Below, one piece after another: positions 1 to 46,820 of a stretch of 64,000 nt of DNA. Under the pieces are notes generated by a model. It was not told the origin of the DNA. It was given only the letters and a program-made list of their open reading frames with translations, and made no database searches. Position numbers and translations under genes: made by a program. Location: contig CM022674.1 in assembly GCA_012295275.1 (NCBI GenBank), positions 1,302,001-1,366,000 of the forward strand, in the 5' to 3' direction. This stretch comes from Chrysomallon squamiferum (lineage: Eukaryota; Animalia; Mollusca). Within the stretch, counting starts at the first letter, position 1. The number at the start of each line of letters is the position of its first letter.

Positions 1-308
1 TATTAGAACTAATGACCTTTAATTATTGTTATTTACTTGTAATAATAGTTATTTTTATTTAATCTTATTATTGTAGTTATTTTCAGTTCAAGTATTCATG
101 TATAACACTATCAACAATCAGTCCTTTTTTTAGTTATTTTTATCAATATGTTACAGACTTAAAATTCTATATACGGAATTATTCTCATACAAAAGTTATT
201 TCCCCTTCAGTCATTTTATTTCAAGTGCAACAATATTAACGTTCTTGTTAGCCAGAATACTACAACATCTCTGTTCTGAGCCTTCAGTGAACTGGAGAAA
301 TTATTCAC

Positions 309-32034
<31,726 letters not shown>

Positions 32035-32102
32035 TCGCTTTAAGGTTCTGGATGTTCTTCACATGATTGTTGTGGATCTGAAAGAAAGAATGTCGATTAT
32101 TA

Positions 32103-32415
32103 TTTTTTTTTTTTTTCAAAGAAATATATCTGGGCTTTTGATAAACAGGCTTCAGGAAGGATCACAAATCACAAGAGTCAATCATCTACTACCATGTAAT
32201 GATCTACTCATTTTCATTTAGCTGCAAGAAAGCTTTTATATGTGCCTACCCACAGACAGGTAAAGCACGTATGGCAGCATTTATTAAACCAGTCATAGGA
32301 ATGTGAAATATCTAACTAACAGCTCCACGGAGGATTGATCTTGTGATCAATCACACCTCAAGTCATTGTGTTACAACCAAGCATAACCTGATTCCACTAA
32401 GTGATTGAGTGAGAC
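32103..32415 (-). mobile_element. Degenerate SINE with poly(A) tail and probable ~25-30 bp target-site duplication
   Basis: Core ctactcattttcatttagctgcaagaaagcttttatatgtgcctacccacagacagg shared with the 4.1 kb copy; T-run at 32103-32116; flanking direct repeats at 32078 and 32416. Confidence 0.65.
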
Positions 32416-33881
32416 CTGTAAGAAATGAAATGTCGATAATTATTTTCTTATAACAAATTTCCTGTTCTTCCAGTCACCATGCTGCAATGAACCTACCAAA
32501 AAAGAGAACACGTTTTTTTATAATCAGCAAATTACTAAAACACCTCCAACAACTTAAGATTAACAAGTAGTCAGGAAATTATCAAAAAATGTCAATACCG
32601 AAGTCAAACATTGTGTAGCCAATGTCAAAAATTAATCTTTTATATTAACTGCTGTAAGTATTATTTACATTAACATCTCTGAATATACTTACAGATTAAA
32701 AGACATCCTGTCGCAAAAATAAAACCACAAACCCCTGTAATCCTATCCCATGAGGAGCTTACAATCTAACAATAAAATTCTTTTTTAAAACACAGAGGTC
32801 ATTTGATGATGGGGTGATAAGGTGGAAAACGCATATTATGTTATTTCAGCTAAACACAACATCAATTAATTTCCAAAAAATAAAAACTGTGATGATGACA
32901 TTTATGTTACTAAACATCATTAATTTAATATCTATATTTTTTTTTTTTTTTTTTTTTACAAACAAAAAAAAACAGAAAAAATACCAAGGTGTCAATCATT
33001 TGACTTGTTTATGCTCAAAATATTTTGACTGTAATACCAAAACGTGTTGAAATATTACAGGTATTTAAAAGCACATTTCTAAATGACACATTCTTTAATA
33101 ACATAATCACACACCAAACCATCGCACACATTCCACTGAATACATGTAAACCATACAATGAAATGATCACTTTGATGTAATTTCACAGATTTAGATATTT
33201 TCACTAATAACTGCGAATGCTGGCAACTTGAAAAAATGAATAAAATAACATGATAATAATAATAATAATAATAGTGATATTTGAAATTAATATAAACTAA
33301 AAATAAGCACTGTGTTACTATATTTCAAAAAGAAAAAAATCACATTACTCTGTAATGTTTTGTTACTTGTATATAATTAAAAGTAAATATTGTGTTACTA
33401 CGTTTCATAAACACAATGCTATCCCTCAGTAATCTGTTATTAATTCTTTTTTTTTCTTTATTCTTTTAATAAATTGATATAATAAAAAATAAATAAATAC
33501 TGAAATATCCAGAAGAGAGAAACATTTCACTGCGAAATAGTTTTTCCAAATAATCTGTATAATTAAATTAAACATTAAAATCCATTTTTATTTATTTTTT
33601 ATTTATTTTTTTATTATTTTTTTTATTTATTTTATGAAACACTTATTAATAAAACACCATTAGTCACTAGTTTATTTTGTCATTAAATAATTAACATAAT
33701 ACAAATGAAACATTAGAATCATTTAGAAATATTTAACATTACTAATAGTGACACAAACTACTTCAATTAAAATTAAACATTAAACTCCTGAAAATTTTAC
33801 ATTAAAAAAATTAATAAATAAAAATTTATTTTCTTTTTTCTTTTTCTAGAGTTCTTATGCATTCTTTTAGTTTCTTAGTTG

Positions 33882-33989
33882 GTGTAGACTGGTAGACAGA
33901 GCAAAGTAAATCAAATACAGCAAAGTGTAGACTGGTAGACAGAGCAAAGTAAATCAAATACAGCAAAGTGTAGACTGGTAGACAGAGCA
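33882..33989. repeat. 43 bp tandem repeat, 2.5 exact copies
   Basis: gtgtagactggtagacagagcaaagtaaatcaaatacagcaaa at 33882, 33925 and partially at 33968. Confidence 0.92.
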
Positions 33990-34726
33990 TTAGTCCAAGA
34001 ATACTGGAATCAGGATCATCCAAGAACTGTCAGATTTAATTAATTTCAAATACAACAGTATTTGATGAAACCCATTATGAGTACAGGCTCGTTTTAAAAA
34101 AACCCAGCTGACACTAACTAGGTTATGATAAGGTGATTTTTTTTGTTCAGGCCTTATGCTTGTCTTCTGACATCTCTAACTACAGAGATACACACACACA
34201 CACACACACACACAGAGTCTGTCCTGTACGCAAATTAGCAGCTCTTTAACCATTCACCAAGTGTTTATGTTTTCTGTAAAATGATCTCGGTTCCATTAAC
34301 GGAGCCAATATTTATGACCGCAGAGATCAATCAAACTTCACGAAGCACTGTGCATCAACAACCACACTTAAACAGCATTATTAAACAAGTGTTTTTTTGT
34401 CCTGCAGTCATGATGGGCAGGTTTTCAAGTAGTTGCAGATGATGGCAACTGAGTTATTGTTTGTGCTAATATTTGACAATGATGCTAGGCATACTGCTGA
34501 AGTGGTAGCTGGGAGTTGAAAAAGGTGCTTGGTTCGGTGTTGTAAATTATATTTACTACTGGGAGCACGGTTGTGAATGAGCAAGCTAAAGGATATAGGA
34601 TGATGAATGAATGAATGAACGAACGGTAGTTAAATTTTTAACTGGTTTTTAAAAGAATCATTTTGTTTTGTTTAAGTTATTTTGTTTTCATTTCTTTTAT
34701 TTTATTTTATTAATTTGTTTGAAATA

Positions 34727-34772
<46 letters not shown>

Positions 34773-35837
34773 GGAAATTAACAGGTGATATATTACATTA
34801 ATTTATACTGTTTATATATATGTCTACAATAATACCAGAAATCCTGTATATAAATTTACTGACTGGTATTTTAAACATAATAATAGTAACATTTAATCTA
34901 ATATATATTTTTTACACTAACAATAATTCTAAATTTAAAAAAAATTAAATTAAATTAAATTAAATTAAATTTAAAAAAACGTTATTTCTGTGAACTAAGT
35001 ATTCAAAATGTGAAATTTTTTTCAAAAAAAATATTCATACAAACTCTTCCTGGTACTACAAGTCAGTTTAACATAAAATAACATAAACCACCGATTGCAT
35101 CAGAATATTATTCTTTTAAAATTAAACAGCAGCAAAGCAGTAATCACAACTTCAAAAAAAAAAAAAAAAAAATCTTCTTGATTATATCTATATATATATA
35201 TATATCTGTATATATATATATATATCATACAGAGTTTCTCAAAACAAACATATTTCATTTCTGTATCTACACCCCTTACAATTAAAAATGTGTCTCAACA
35301 AGAAGCAAAATAAAAAAAATAATAATAATAAAAAAAAAATAAAAAAAAAAAATAAAAAAATATTTAAAATATACCCTGAATTATATACCAAGTAAATCAA
35401 GAAAATAAAGAACCCTGCAATATCATGCGTTCAATATCAACTGTATGATAACAATAGTATCTCACACTACATGTAGCTAAAGCACATAAATGATCCATAC
35501 TACCGTATCATAAAAACAGGTTTACTTAGGACCAAACAGACATTGTGTATTAACCGTACCAGTCTGTTGTCAGGCAACAAGATTTGACAACTTAGTATTC
35601 CCATTGCTAAGCCATGCATGAACAAAAAATTCTATTAATTTCCTGACATGCAATGTAAAACAATTGCTTTGTTAACACAATTAGACCTCTTTATCTCAGA
35701 CAGGCAAAAACTGTGAGTCAAACTGACAAATTGTTTTAAAGGAAATATAAAATTAAATAAAAAAAAAGAATTATTTCATATATTCATGATTATATACATA
35801 CACTAAGCATAAATGTGTGTGTATGTGTGTGTGTGAG

Positions 35838-35877
<40 letters not shown>

Positions 35878-36260
35878 TATACATACATATACACACATAT
35901 ATAAATAAAAACACACTATTTACATGTGCTCACATACATTTCTACAAAAATATATGCATACATACATTACCGAACACACACACACACACATATATATACA
36001 CATAAATATACACTCACACATATAACCCATATACAAACCTAGAGACACAAAAAGATGCATGTATACTCATATATGGATATATATATATACACACACACAC
36101 AAATAGTTCTATGCACACACACACACACATACACACACACACACGCATGCACATAAACATGCACCATATGCTCTCACTTTCTGAAAAATCAAATTCATTT
36201 TCTGTTAGATTTGCATGTATATATGTCTGTCTGTGTGTGTGTGTGGATGTGTGTGTGTGT

Positions 36261-36320
<60 letters not shown>

Positions 36321-37011
36321 ATAATTCAGACTTTGCAAATATGCATCTAAACAACCTTAAATAAAATATGTATCACAGATATGAACCATGTATCAGGTTA
36401 TACATTCTATTTAGACTGCAACAGTAATAAAAAATTAATTGCTATTGTTATTAGACAACTTGACATTTCCTTTGTTTTAGCACATTTTAAAATATTTCAA
36501 CTCTTGATACCCATTTTCGTGTGAATCAGCAAATGTTACAATTTCTAACAAATTACAGCATTTTGTGAAAATGTCATTCTGGTCTTTTCTTTTGTATACA
36601 TTACACTGTTATTCAGTAATGACCTAATTTTGAATTAATTTTATTTTGGGGGGGGGATAAGTTGACATTTCTGATTAGAACTGTAAAAACAAAATTAGTT
36701 TAAAAAAAAAAAAAATGTAATAATAATAAATTTATGAACGGGTAAAAAACAAAAGAATTTGGCATAGTTCTGTTGAAATAATTTAATATTAATAAAAATA
36801 AAAAAAAAAAACGAAATAAAAATATAAAATAATATATATAAATGTTTCTATAGGAATAATAATTTTATAGTAAAAAATGATTCATACATCTATACTGATA
36901 ATTTTAAAGTAAGGAAAAATATACATTACATTTTCAAAATAGCTGATGTTTTTGTTACGAGATTTTTTAATTTCTTAATTAAACTGCAACTGGCTCAGAT
37001 GAGCTGAAAGA

Positions 37012-37012
37012 G

Positions 37013-37105
<93 letters not shown>
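37012..37105. repeat. (GA)n microsatellite
   Basis: ~90 bp GA run. Confidence 0.97.
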
Positions 37106-37106
<1 letters not shown>

Positions 37107-37407
37107 AAAAACTGATTATTATTAAGGTAGAGTATTCAGTTATGTCTGTTTATCAGTAATACAAGTATCTTTATTAAGATTGCTGTTTTAATAGAAATGC
37201 AGTTAGCATAAAAAATCAATCCAACACTGAAAAAATTATAGAAAAAAAATGAGTAAAGAGTATGTATAAAGGAAGAAATAAATTTCAAAAAAAATAAAAT
37301 AAAATAGAATAATAAGATTTTTAAAATAATCAATACAATACATCAAAACCACATAATCAAAATTAGGAATTATTTTTAAAATTTTGCCTGTATTTGAAGA
37401 AATTTAA

Positions 37408-37468
<61 letters not shown>

Positions 37469-38129
37469 TGCACAAATGCACATGAAATTGTCATATAATC
37501 TATTACTCAGTTTAAAAAGAATTTCTAACTAAAGAAAAAAATAATAATTTATGTTTTTTATCATTCCATAAATGTCAAGCCAATTAATCTTTGACTCAAA
37601 AAAGTACAAATTTTTACCAGCCTAAAACAAAAGTTTTACACTCTATTACATTAATTTATTAAATCAAAATGCCTAATCTGTTACTCAGAAAAACGTAAAA
37701 CATTATCCATTAGAAACAAAGTTTAAAATAGTCTTAAAATTAACTCAGTGGAAATTTCTCATCAACTAAAAATGTAAAAGGTTATCCATTAAAAACAAAC
37801 TTTAAAACTGTATAACATTTAGTTTTAAAGTTAAGTCAGTGTAAAAATGTTTTATTTTCATCCATCATATTACTCATCAGCATATGAAATATTTACCATT
37901 ACAATAAAAAATTTAATTCCTTTTATCAAACTAACGTAAATTTTAAATTATTCTGCAGCTGAAACAGATTTAGTCATTCTTTTTAATATTAATCCACAGA
38001 ATTAAGCCATGTCAAACAGAAAATATTTAAAACAAAAAATTTAAATATAAAACTTTATGTCAAAATAATTATTATTGTCATACTTTTAACATTAATCCGC
38101 AAGTTTAGTATGCGCATAATTAATCAGTT

Positions 38130-38620
38130 TCCATTTAAAACATAAAATTCAAAAACAAATGAAAATAAATCTACGTATCAAATCATTTAGCCCCTAAAAC
38201 AAAAACTTTTTAAAACAACTTAAATATATCTACGTATCAAATCATTTAACAGTTAAAACACAATTTTTTAAAACAAAATAAATCTATCAAATTATTTAAC
38301 CCCTAAAACAAAAAGTTTCTAAAATAATTTTAAATAAATCTGTATATCAAACCATTTAGCGCTAAAACAAAATAAATCTACACAACCTACTAAAACTAAA
38401 TTTTTCAAAAAAATAAAATAAATCTACATACATCAAACTATTTAACATCGAAAACAAAAAAATTCTAAATCGAAATAGATCTATATATATATCAACCTGT
38501 TTAAACCCTAAAACCACAAGTTTTTAAAAGAAAATAAATCGCTATATGTCAAACCATTTAACCCCTGAAACAAAAACTTTTTTAAAAAAAACAATTTAAA
38601 TCAATCCATATAATCAATTA
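38130..38620. repeat. Degenerate ~55-60 bp minisatellite
   Basis: aaataaatcta..tatcaaa.catttaacccctaaaacaaaaa recurs about 8 times. Confidence 0.75.
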
Positions 38621-38644
38621 TCGAGAAAAAAGAAAGAAAAAATA

Positions 38645-38697
<53 letters not shown>

Positions 38698-38974
38698 AAA
38701 ACAATTTTAAATTAGCCCATAAATCAAGCCCACTTACACCCTGTTACTCACATTATAAAACACTTTGTTATTTATATTCTCCAGTGTCCTGTCCTCTAAT
38801 AATATATACAAGCATGTCTCAATTATTGCTGCGTTGCATGGCGAAGAGTTGAGCTGTGATCACAGAAGAGCTTACACAAAGAAAAACGTGGATTAACCAA
38901 TAAAAATAGTTTGCTCCATGAGCACACAAGTGTATGTTTCACTGTGACAACTAGATTCTTAATTCATACAATAT

Positions 38975-39023
<49 letters not shown>

Positions 39024-39170
39024 TGCTATCTTTTCTTCTTTTTTTTTTTCTGGGAGAGACCAGCTCTCGTAATTAAACAGTTTTGTATCATTTTTTTTTT
39101 TTTTTTTTTTTTTTATGGAATATGCTACATGCATATGTAGATATCTAGAATACATGGGAGTTTTCAGATA

Positions 39171-39213
<43 letters not shown>

Positions 39214-40032
39214 TATTTGTTTGTTGTTGAAATATACATATTAATTAATATAAACTGTAGCGAGAAACAATAAACTAGTTGTTAAAATTTCTTCTTTCTT
39301 TTTTTTTAAGGAATGCAAATATTTACTGATGTTATTAAGAAGTTTCAGATTTTTCTATTGTTATTTAAATTAGCAAATAGTGTAATGGCAAACTGAAAGT
39401 GAAGGTTTTAAATAAACGTTCCCAATAAAAAAGTTTTTGTCTTCTTTTAAGAACTTTTGTGTGTGTGTGTTTCTTTTTCCTTTTTTTTTTATTTATTCAT
39501 CTTCTTTTTTTTTTCTTTCCCATGATGTTAAAGTTTTATATCATCAGGTATATACAGTAGTAGTAATAATAATAATAATTATGATTTAGTAATGGAAACT
39601 AAAAATTAAGTGAAATTTAAAAAACTATTTTAATTTTACATACACACACATACACAGACCACACACTCTTTAAATAATTTAAATAGAAAATATGCACACA
39701 TAAAATATATTTCTTTTTCTTTCACTCTTTCTCTCTCACAGACACACAGACACATAAATACACACACATACACACAACCATACATGTACAGACACCTTAA
39801 AAAGTTTAAATGGAAAATATGTATACATATATTTCTCTCTTTCCTTCTTTCTCTCTCTCTCTCACATACATCTTCATACTAAGTGATCCATAATATTCTT
39901 TACATATTCAAAAATGCACTTTTTAATAAGATACACCTAAAATCTTTAAAACACTTTCTTAGTAACACAATCTTATTTTAGAAGGAAAAACCAAAAGATG
40001 AAAAGATACAAAATTATACGTAATATACATTC

Positions 40033-40070
<38 letters not shown>

Positions 40071-42951
40071 GTGTTTAGGCCTGTTCCGTGTTATATATAT
40101 ATATAAAACAGAACAGGCCTATACACTTACACATACTCATATATATAATTATGCACACACATGTAAATGTATATATCACAAACACACGTATATGTGTATA
40201 TAAACACACAGACACAAACACATACACAAATACAAGTGTATGTGTGTGTCTGTGGAGAGAGATAGAGAAAATGTTTTTTAATATTTTATTTATTTCTAAA
40301 AACAACTTTAATCCAAGATCAAAGGGATTTAATCAATGATGGTATTTGATTCACTTCCTGTACTACAACAACACATTAATTGTGAACTATGTAAACTAGA
40401 AAAAGAATTTCACATATAGGTAATTGCCTCAGTTCACAAAATGAATTTTATGGACACATTTAATCTGTGAAAGATTTAAGAGTTTTTGAAGCAGGAAATG
40501 AATAATTTAATAAAATGTATTTCATCTCATTTCATTTTATTCTTTTTTTCCTCTTTTCTTTTTTCCATAATTTTATATATTTTATTTAATCTCATTTCAC
40601 TTTATTTTTTTATTTAGTATGAATTTCCCCCCCCCACCCAGCTTTTAGTAAGAAATCATTGTTATCAAGTAATGCTGTTTTTATGAATAAACTGTAAAAA
40701 CTTTATTTCATGGATGTCATTTATGAAAAATACCTTGAATTCCCACCAGTTTGTAAGGACAGATATCAGATGATTTATGTGTTTGGAAAATATTCACGTT
40801 ATCCATATAAAAATTTTTACTTGATTGAAAAATTATCAACATACAGATCTAAAGTGTGAACATTTTTGTAATAAGGAGAAACATCAACTTTTTTAATTAA
40901 CTGAGAAGCTATGGAAAAATCATGGACACTGAAAGAAAAAAAAAAAAGTCATTAGTGACTGGAAAAGACACAGAAACAAGTCACCAACCAGGAAACTAAT
41001 ACAAACTTTTCATTGCACAAAAGAAGAAATAAAATCATTAAAATAAAACTCAGTCTTGAACAGAGGATGGTAAATATTTTACAGTTAAAATTCAATAGTT
41101 CCATCAAGAAAGCTGGGAATTTTTTTTTTGTGTTGGTTTATAAATCATTAATCTTAACTTTATACAAGATTCAGTCATGCAAAATAAAACAGAAAAGTCA
41201 ATAAGATGTCTTGTCTTCAGCTTTGGCAGCCAAAGGGTTAAAACATTCATGCACCTGCTTCAGTGCTAACTGGATAAGTTTCCGAGCACCTTTGGTGACC
41301 ACTGTGCTCTGTACTGGTCATCACTAATCCCACTTTTCCTGGACCAGTATTTACTGCTTCAGACATCACTGAACACTCAGTTATCACAGCACATCTGGTG
41401 TATCGAATCAAGTTTTCACCAATCCAGAGCAATGTTGGAGTCCATTCTTCTTGAACAATAAACCAGTTGAAGAAATTAAACCATCACACTGAAGATTCAC
41501 AGTCAACGGCTTTTGATTTCTGTGGCAAATCTTTTATAAAACTGAGACAGGTTAAGACTATTACTGCTTTCATTTTCTTCTCTTTAAATCAAATCCTTTA
41601 TCAATAATCTATAACTCGCATAATTATGCATGACAGACATGCTTGAACATTCTATGGATCCCCATTTTTTTTTATCACCTTTAATACTCTTGTGGGTTAA
41701 AAATATGATTTTTTTAAATGAAAGCATGTAATTATGTTTGAATATTCTGTGAAAACTGTTAAAAACCTAAGATGGCAGAATTTGTGCATGACAAACATGC
41801 TTGAATCTTTCAGGAAAAAAACCCAGTGTGCCTTCATCTCTGTATGTAATCACGCATTAAACTAAAACTGAACTGGTTATAATACGTGAAAGTATCTTCA
41901 TCACTATATCTGACGTTTTTGGATTAGTCTATAGATTTTTAAAACATCAGCTCCCTAATTGTGTGCGCCCATGTAAGGCATCCATGAACATTTAGTTGAT
42001 TATACATCTTTCAAAATGTTCCTTAAATATACACTTTGCATATTACTGACCAAACAAATTTTTAACATTTTTAAATCATATACTGTGACAGAAAAACTGT
42101 CATAAATCATAAAAGATTGACAAAACAAATGAATAACATCTCTGTCGACAACAATTGGACAATAAGCAAAATGTATCTGCAGTCATGCCTACTGCTCTAA
42201 TTAAAACCAAGCTGAGATGAACATTATAATTTATTTATTCACGTCAGTATGTGCTTAGATGCCATTCTTTCATCGTAGCAACTATTAACTGACGTCTGGC
42301 TGTTCAATACCTGATTCACAAATCTTCTCTCATTGATGGCATGGTTAGATGTTGTGTATTGCAAAAGAATTGTTAAAAAAATGAACAACAACAACAACAA
42401 CAATAAAATTAACAATAACAACAGCTGTATAAATAGTAACAGCTATGATAATAATAACAATAATAATACAATAACAAAAAAGACGAGAACAACAATAATA
42501 CTTATAAAAAAATAATAATAATAATAATAATAAAAAAAAATAAAAAAAAAAAACCATCATAAGATGTGACGATATATCCAGACAATGTTAACCACAGAAA
42601 CAGTTCAGAATTTACTTCTTAAAAAAAAAAAAAAAAGCTAATAATAAGACAACAACTTGTAAATGCATGTTAGATATATGTTTTATAATATATTTGTCCT
42701 CCTTTGATGAAAAACATATCAGAAAGTTAAATTTTTGCTTTTCACATTGACATTATGACGAAACAACATAACTAAAACCTAAGTTAATTAAAGAATTATG
42801 TGTGTATCCTTATGAAAATGTAGTATATTCTCATAATCTATATTTGGCCAAATCCGGAGGAAATGAGGGTATTTAATTAATTCAGATCAATCAATGTCAG
42901 CTCCAGGTTTATATGAATTGATGAAGAAAGTTTATCTCAGTGCCATACATG

Positions 42952-43142
<191 letters not shown>

Positions 43143-43903
43143 GGGGACATACAAAGACAGAGAGTCAGATAGCCGAGTACAAAATGAAACAACAGACAAT
43201 ATGAGATCAAGAGCTATATATATATATAAAAAGAAAAAAACAATATATGTGTGTGTGTGTGTGTACATGTATATGTATGTATGTGTATATATATATCAAT
43301 ACAAATTAAATATTAAATTTAAAAATATATGCAGTGATGCATATTCACATTACAGAATTGTAATAAAAAAGATAGCAATAAGAAAGAAGGAAAGAAAGAA
43401 AAGAAACATGTAGAAATAAGGTAAAAAAAAAAAAATACTGAAGAAAAAAAATAAAGGAAAAAGAAAAAACAAAACAAAGATGAAATATATGTGTGCATCC
43501 TTAAATAAACTTTGTGCAAGTCAGTATTTGCTTATTTGCTTGTCAATGTGTATATTGGTATGTGGCATTACATTCATAAAATTAAATAAATAACAATTGT
43601 TACCCATCCCAGACTTTCAAATCAAGCATCGGCTTTTAGAACAAACAAACAAACTTGAACCAACTTGAACTTAACCAATTTTAAATTAAAGCAAATCAAA
43701 TTAATCAAACTGAAGTCATTGATTATTTCACTTGACCTGAAGGCATATCAGTGGATTACTAGACGCAGGAAAGAGAGAGAGATGAAGAGATTAGGGTAAA
43801 ACGAACAGCTGGATGGATGGATGAAAAGTGAGATGAATGCAAATCTGTAGCTTAAAATAATGAAGAAAATGAAATTATATAAATAAATAAAATTAGTTAA
43901 TTA

Positions 43904-43943
<40 letters not shown>

Positions 43944-43946
43944 TAA

Positions 43947-43983
<37 letters not shown>

Positions 43984-44988
43984 GTGTAACATAATAATGA
44001 TAATGATAATAATAAATCAATCAATGAATCAATAAATGAATAAAAATGAGATCAAATGGTAAATGCATATTAAAATAATGCTATATATTTAAGAAAGTAA
44101 TAAAATTAATAACTTTAGGCAGTAAAACAAAAAATAAAATAAAAAATTAAATTAAAAAAACAATTAAAAAGAAAACACTTTAAAAAATATATATATATAT
44201 ATTTAAATATTTAAAAAATAAAAAATTATGTCAATTGAATAAGGAAATGTCCCAACTTTCTAAATGGATGAAGAAAGGAAACTGCATACAAATTAAAACA
44301 TAAGCATAAATCTTACTCTTCATACAAAAGTGGCGAAACCTGACTAGCCATTTCCTTTTCAACATTATTCTCACAATATCCCCGAAACAATGCATTCCTG
44401 TCTAATTTGGAGCATTATTTTACCAAGTGAAACACTAAACCCAAGCTGGCAATTCTGGTTTTAACAAATACAGTTATAAAACCCCCGTGTGATATAGCTG
44501 ATATATAACAAACACAGATTAGCCAGGTCATATAGGGAATTTGATACAAACGTGCACTTTGTTCAAAGTATTGTAAATTCTGCATTCTATACCGTGTTAT
44601 GAAATGGGAGAAAAACAAAAAACACTGATATGCTAAGCTTCATCTGTAGGCACATCCAAAGTCAGAATATTTATTCTCAGCTGTGTATTTAGTGAGAAAA
44701 AAAAAAGAAAAAAAAAAAAAAAAAAAAAGATGTTTGCTTTTCTTAAATTTACAAAGTAATTATTAAACTTGTGTACCTAACATTTATTGTGTTCACTAAA
44801 TAAACAAGTTCTTAGATTTCTCTCAAATGAAATCAGACACCAAGAATTTGAAACGTTTTCCCAGCATAGCAGTCTCACTGCTTTATGTTTTAATGTTGCT
44901 GGGGTTTTTTTTTGAGGGGAGGGGTTAATTAAAACATTTTCTCAAAAAACATAATACAATAATAACTTACATCATTTGGTATTTTATG

Positions 44989-45048
<60 letters not shown>

Positions 45049-46415
45049 TTTTTTGGGGGGGTGTTTTTCTTGTTCTTCTGTTTTTTTTTTTTTAAGTTCA
45101 ATTTTCTTTTTTATATTTGTGTGTGTGTGTGTGTGTGTTGTGTGTATGGTTTTTTGTTATAATTTTTATACAGAATTAGGTGTGTATGTATGTGTGTGTG
45201 CATGCACACACTTGTGTGGGCATGTGCATTCATGCGTAAGTGTGAAAAGGGAAAACTGTTGTGAAAGAAATAATTTGATGTTAGAAAGAACAAAAACAGT
45301 AAAAAAAAATGTTGGAAAGAAAAACAGAAAAGAAATATATAAAAGATGGTGGAATGGAAGAAGAAAAGAAAATAGAAGATTCATATTGAAAGAAAAGAAA
45401 GAAAGAATAAGATAGACTGGTACTAAAAGGGCAAGAAGATAGTAAAAAAATAGATAATGAATAGTAGTAGAAAAAAAAAAGAATGACAATAGATAATAAA
45501 AGGAAAAAAAAAAATTTAAGGTTAATGACAGTGAAAGAAAAAAAAGGTAAGAAAATTGATGTAAGAAAGAAAGGAAAATGAAACTAACTGATGCAGAAAG
45601 AAAAGGAAATATGTTAGCTGATACAAAAAAAAAAAAAAAAAAAAAAACCATTAATTACTGACAGTACAAAGAAAAAACTAAAACTGAAATAATCACCAGT
45701 ACAAAGAAATAACAAAAAACTTCTACTAATTGATTGAAAGAAAAAGAAAAAGATTACTGATGACAGAAATTAAAGAAAACAAAATCAGTTTGGGATTCTC
45801 TGAACACATCTTAACATTTAAAAAAAAAAAATCAAATTTTCAAAAATCTGAATTAGGATGAACAAAGAATGATGAAAAGACACATACATCAAACATTTCA
45901 CCACATTTTGTTAAATCAAAAACAAATAAGGCACAGTGGTGTGCAACGACTGCAAATTTGAATTTGTCTGAACTGTTAACAACTGACCTTAGGCTCTTGT
46001 AAAATAGTCCTCACACTACACAAAATGTTGAATGTGTGCAATATTTGTCTAGTAATGGGGTAAATCATTGCTGACAGATATCAAAAAATAAATATCTGTA
46101 GGTCAAACAGAAAAATAAAAAAAAAGAAATAAAAAAAAAGGGAACATTCTGGACTGGGCTAGCAACGTTTGTTGTTGTTAAATATCAGCCAATGAAATCA
46201 CTCACACATATACACAGTTTGCAGTGATTTTGTGTAAATAATATTCTTCCTATTCAAGGCTTTTATATGAAATTCATGCACGGTGACTACAAACACTGGT
46301 ATTCTGTAAACAGTTTGAAAGGTAAGCATGGTGAATGGCCATGTTGACAAAATACCAGATTCTAAAACCATTCAACATTGAAAAAAATTATAATAATTAA
46401 AAACACATAAAATTA

Positions 46416-46459
<44 letters not shown>

Positions 46460-46499
46460 GTGTGTTCATTCTTATACTATTCTGATATAAGTTACTACT

Positions 46500-46724
46500 A
46501 CTGTTACTAGTATCAGTATCAGTATCAGTATCAGTATCAGTATCAGTATTAATATTAGTATTAGTATATCTTACAAACTGGAGCACATTACCTATTAAAT
46601 GGACAAAAATTCACAAAGCCACTACAGCTACTACTACTGCTGCTATTATTATTATTATTATTTATTATTACTATTATTATTATTATTATTACTACTATTA
46701 CTATTATTATTATTATTACTATAA

Positions 46725-46779
<55 letters not shown>

Positions 46780-46781
46780 AA

Positions 46782-46819
<38 letters not shown>

Positions 46820-46820
46820 T
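46500..46820. repeat. (AGTATC)n and (ATT)n compound microsatellite
   Basis: agtatc x6-7 at ~46509-46549; interrupted ATT run at ~46645-46820. Confidence 0.9.

Noticed and set aside
38625-38695. Apparent palindrome polyA-(AT)n-polyT
   Set aside because: Only homopolymer and dinucleotide runs, with no unique-sequence arms, unlike the 13.3 kb hairpin.
45053-45651. Phe/Leu-rich 161-aa and 120-aa ORFs resembling membrane proteins
   Set aside because: Low-complexity A-rich and (TG)n sequence with no coding signature.
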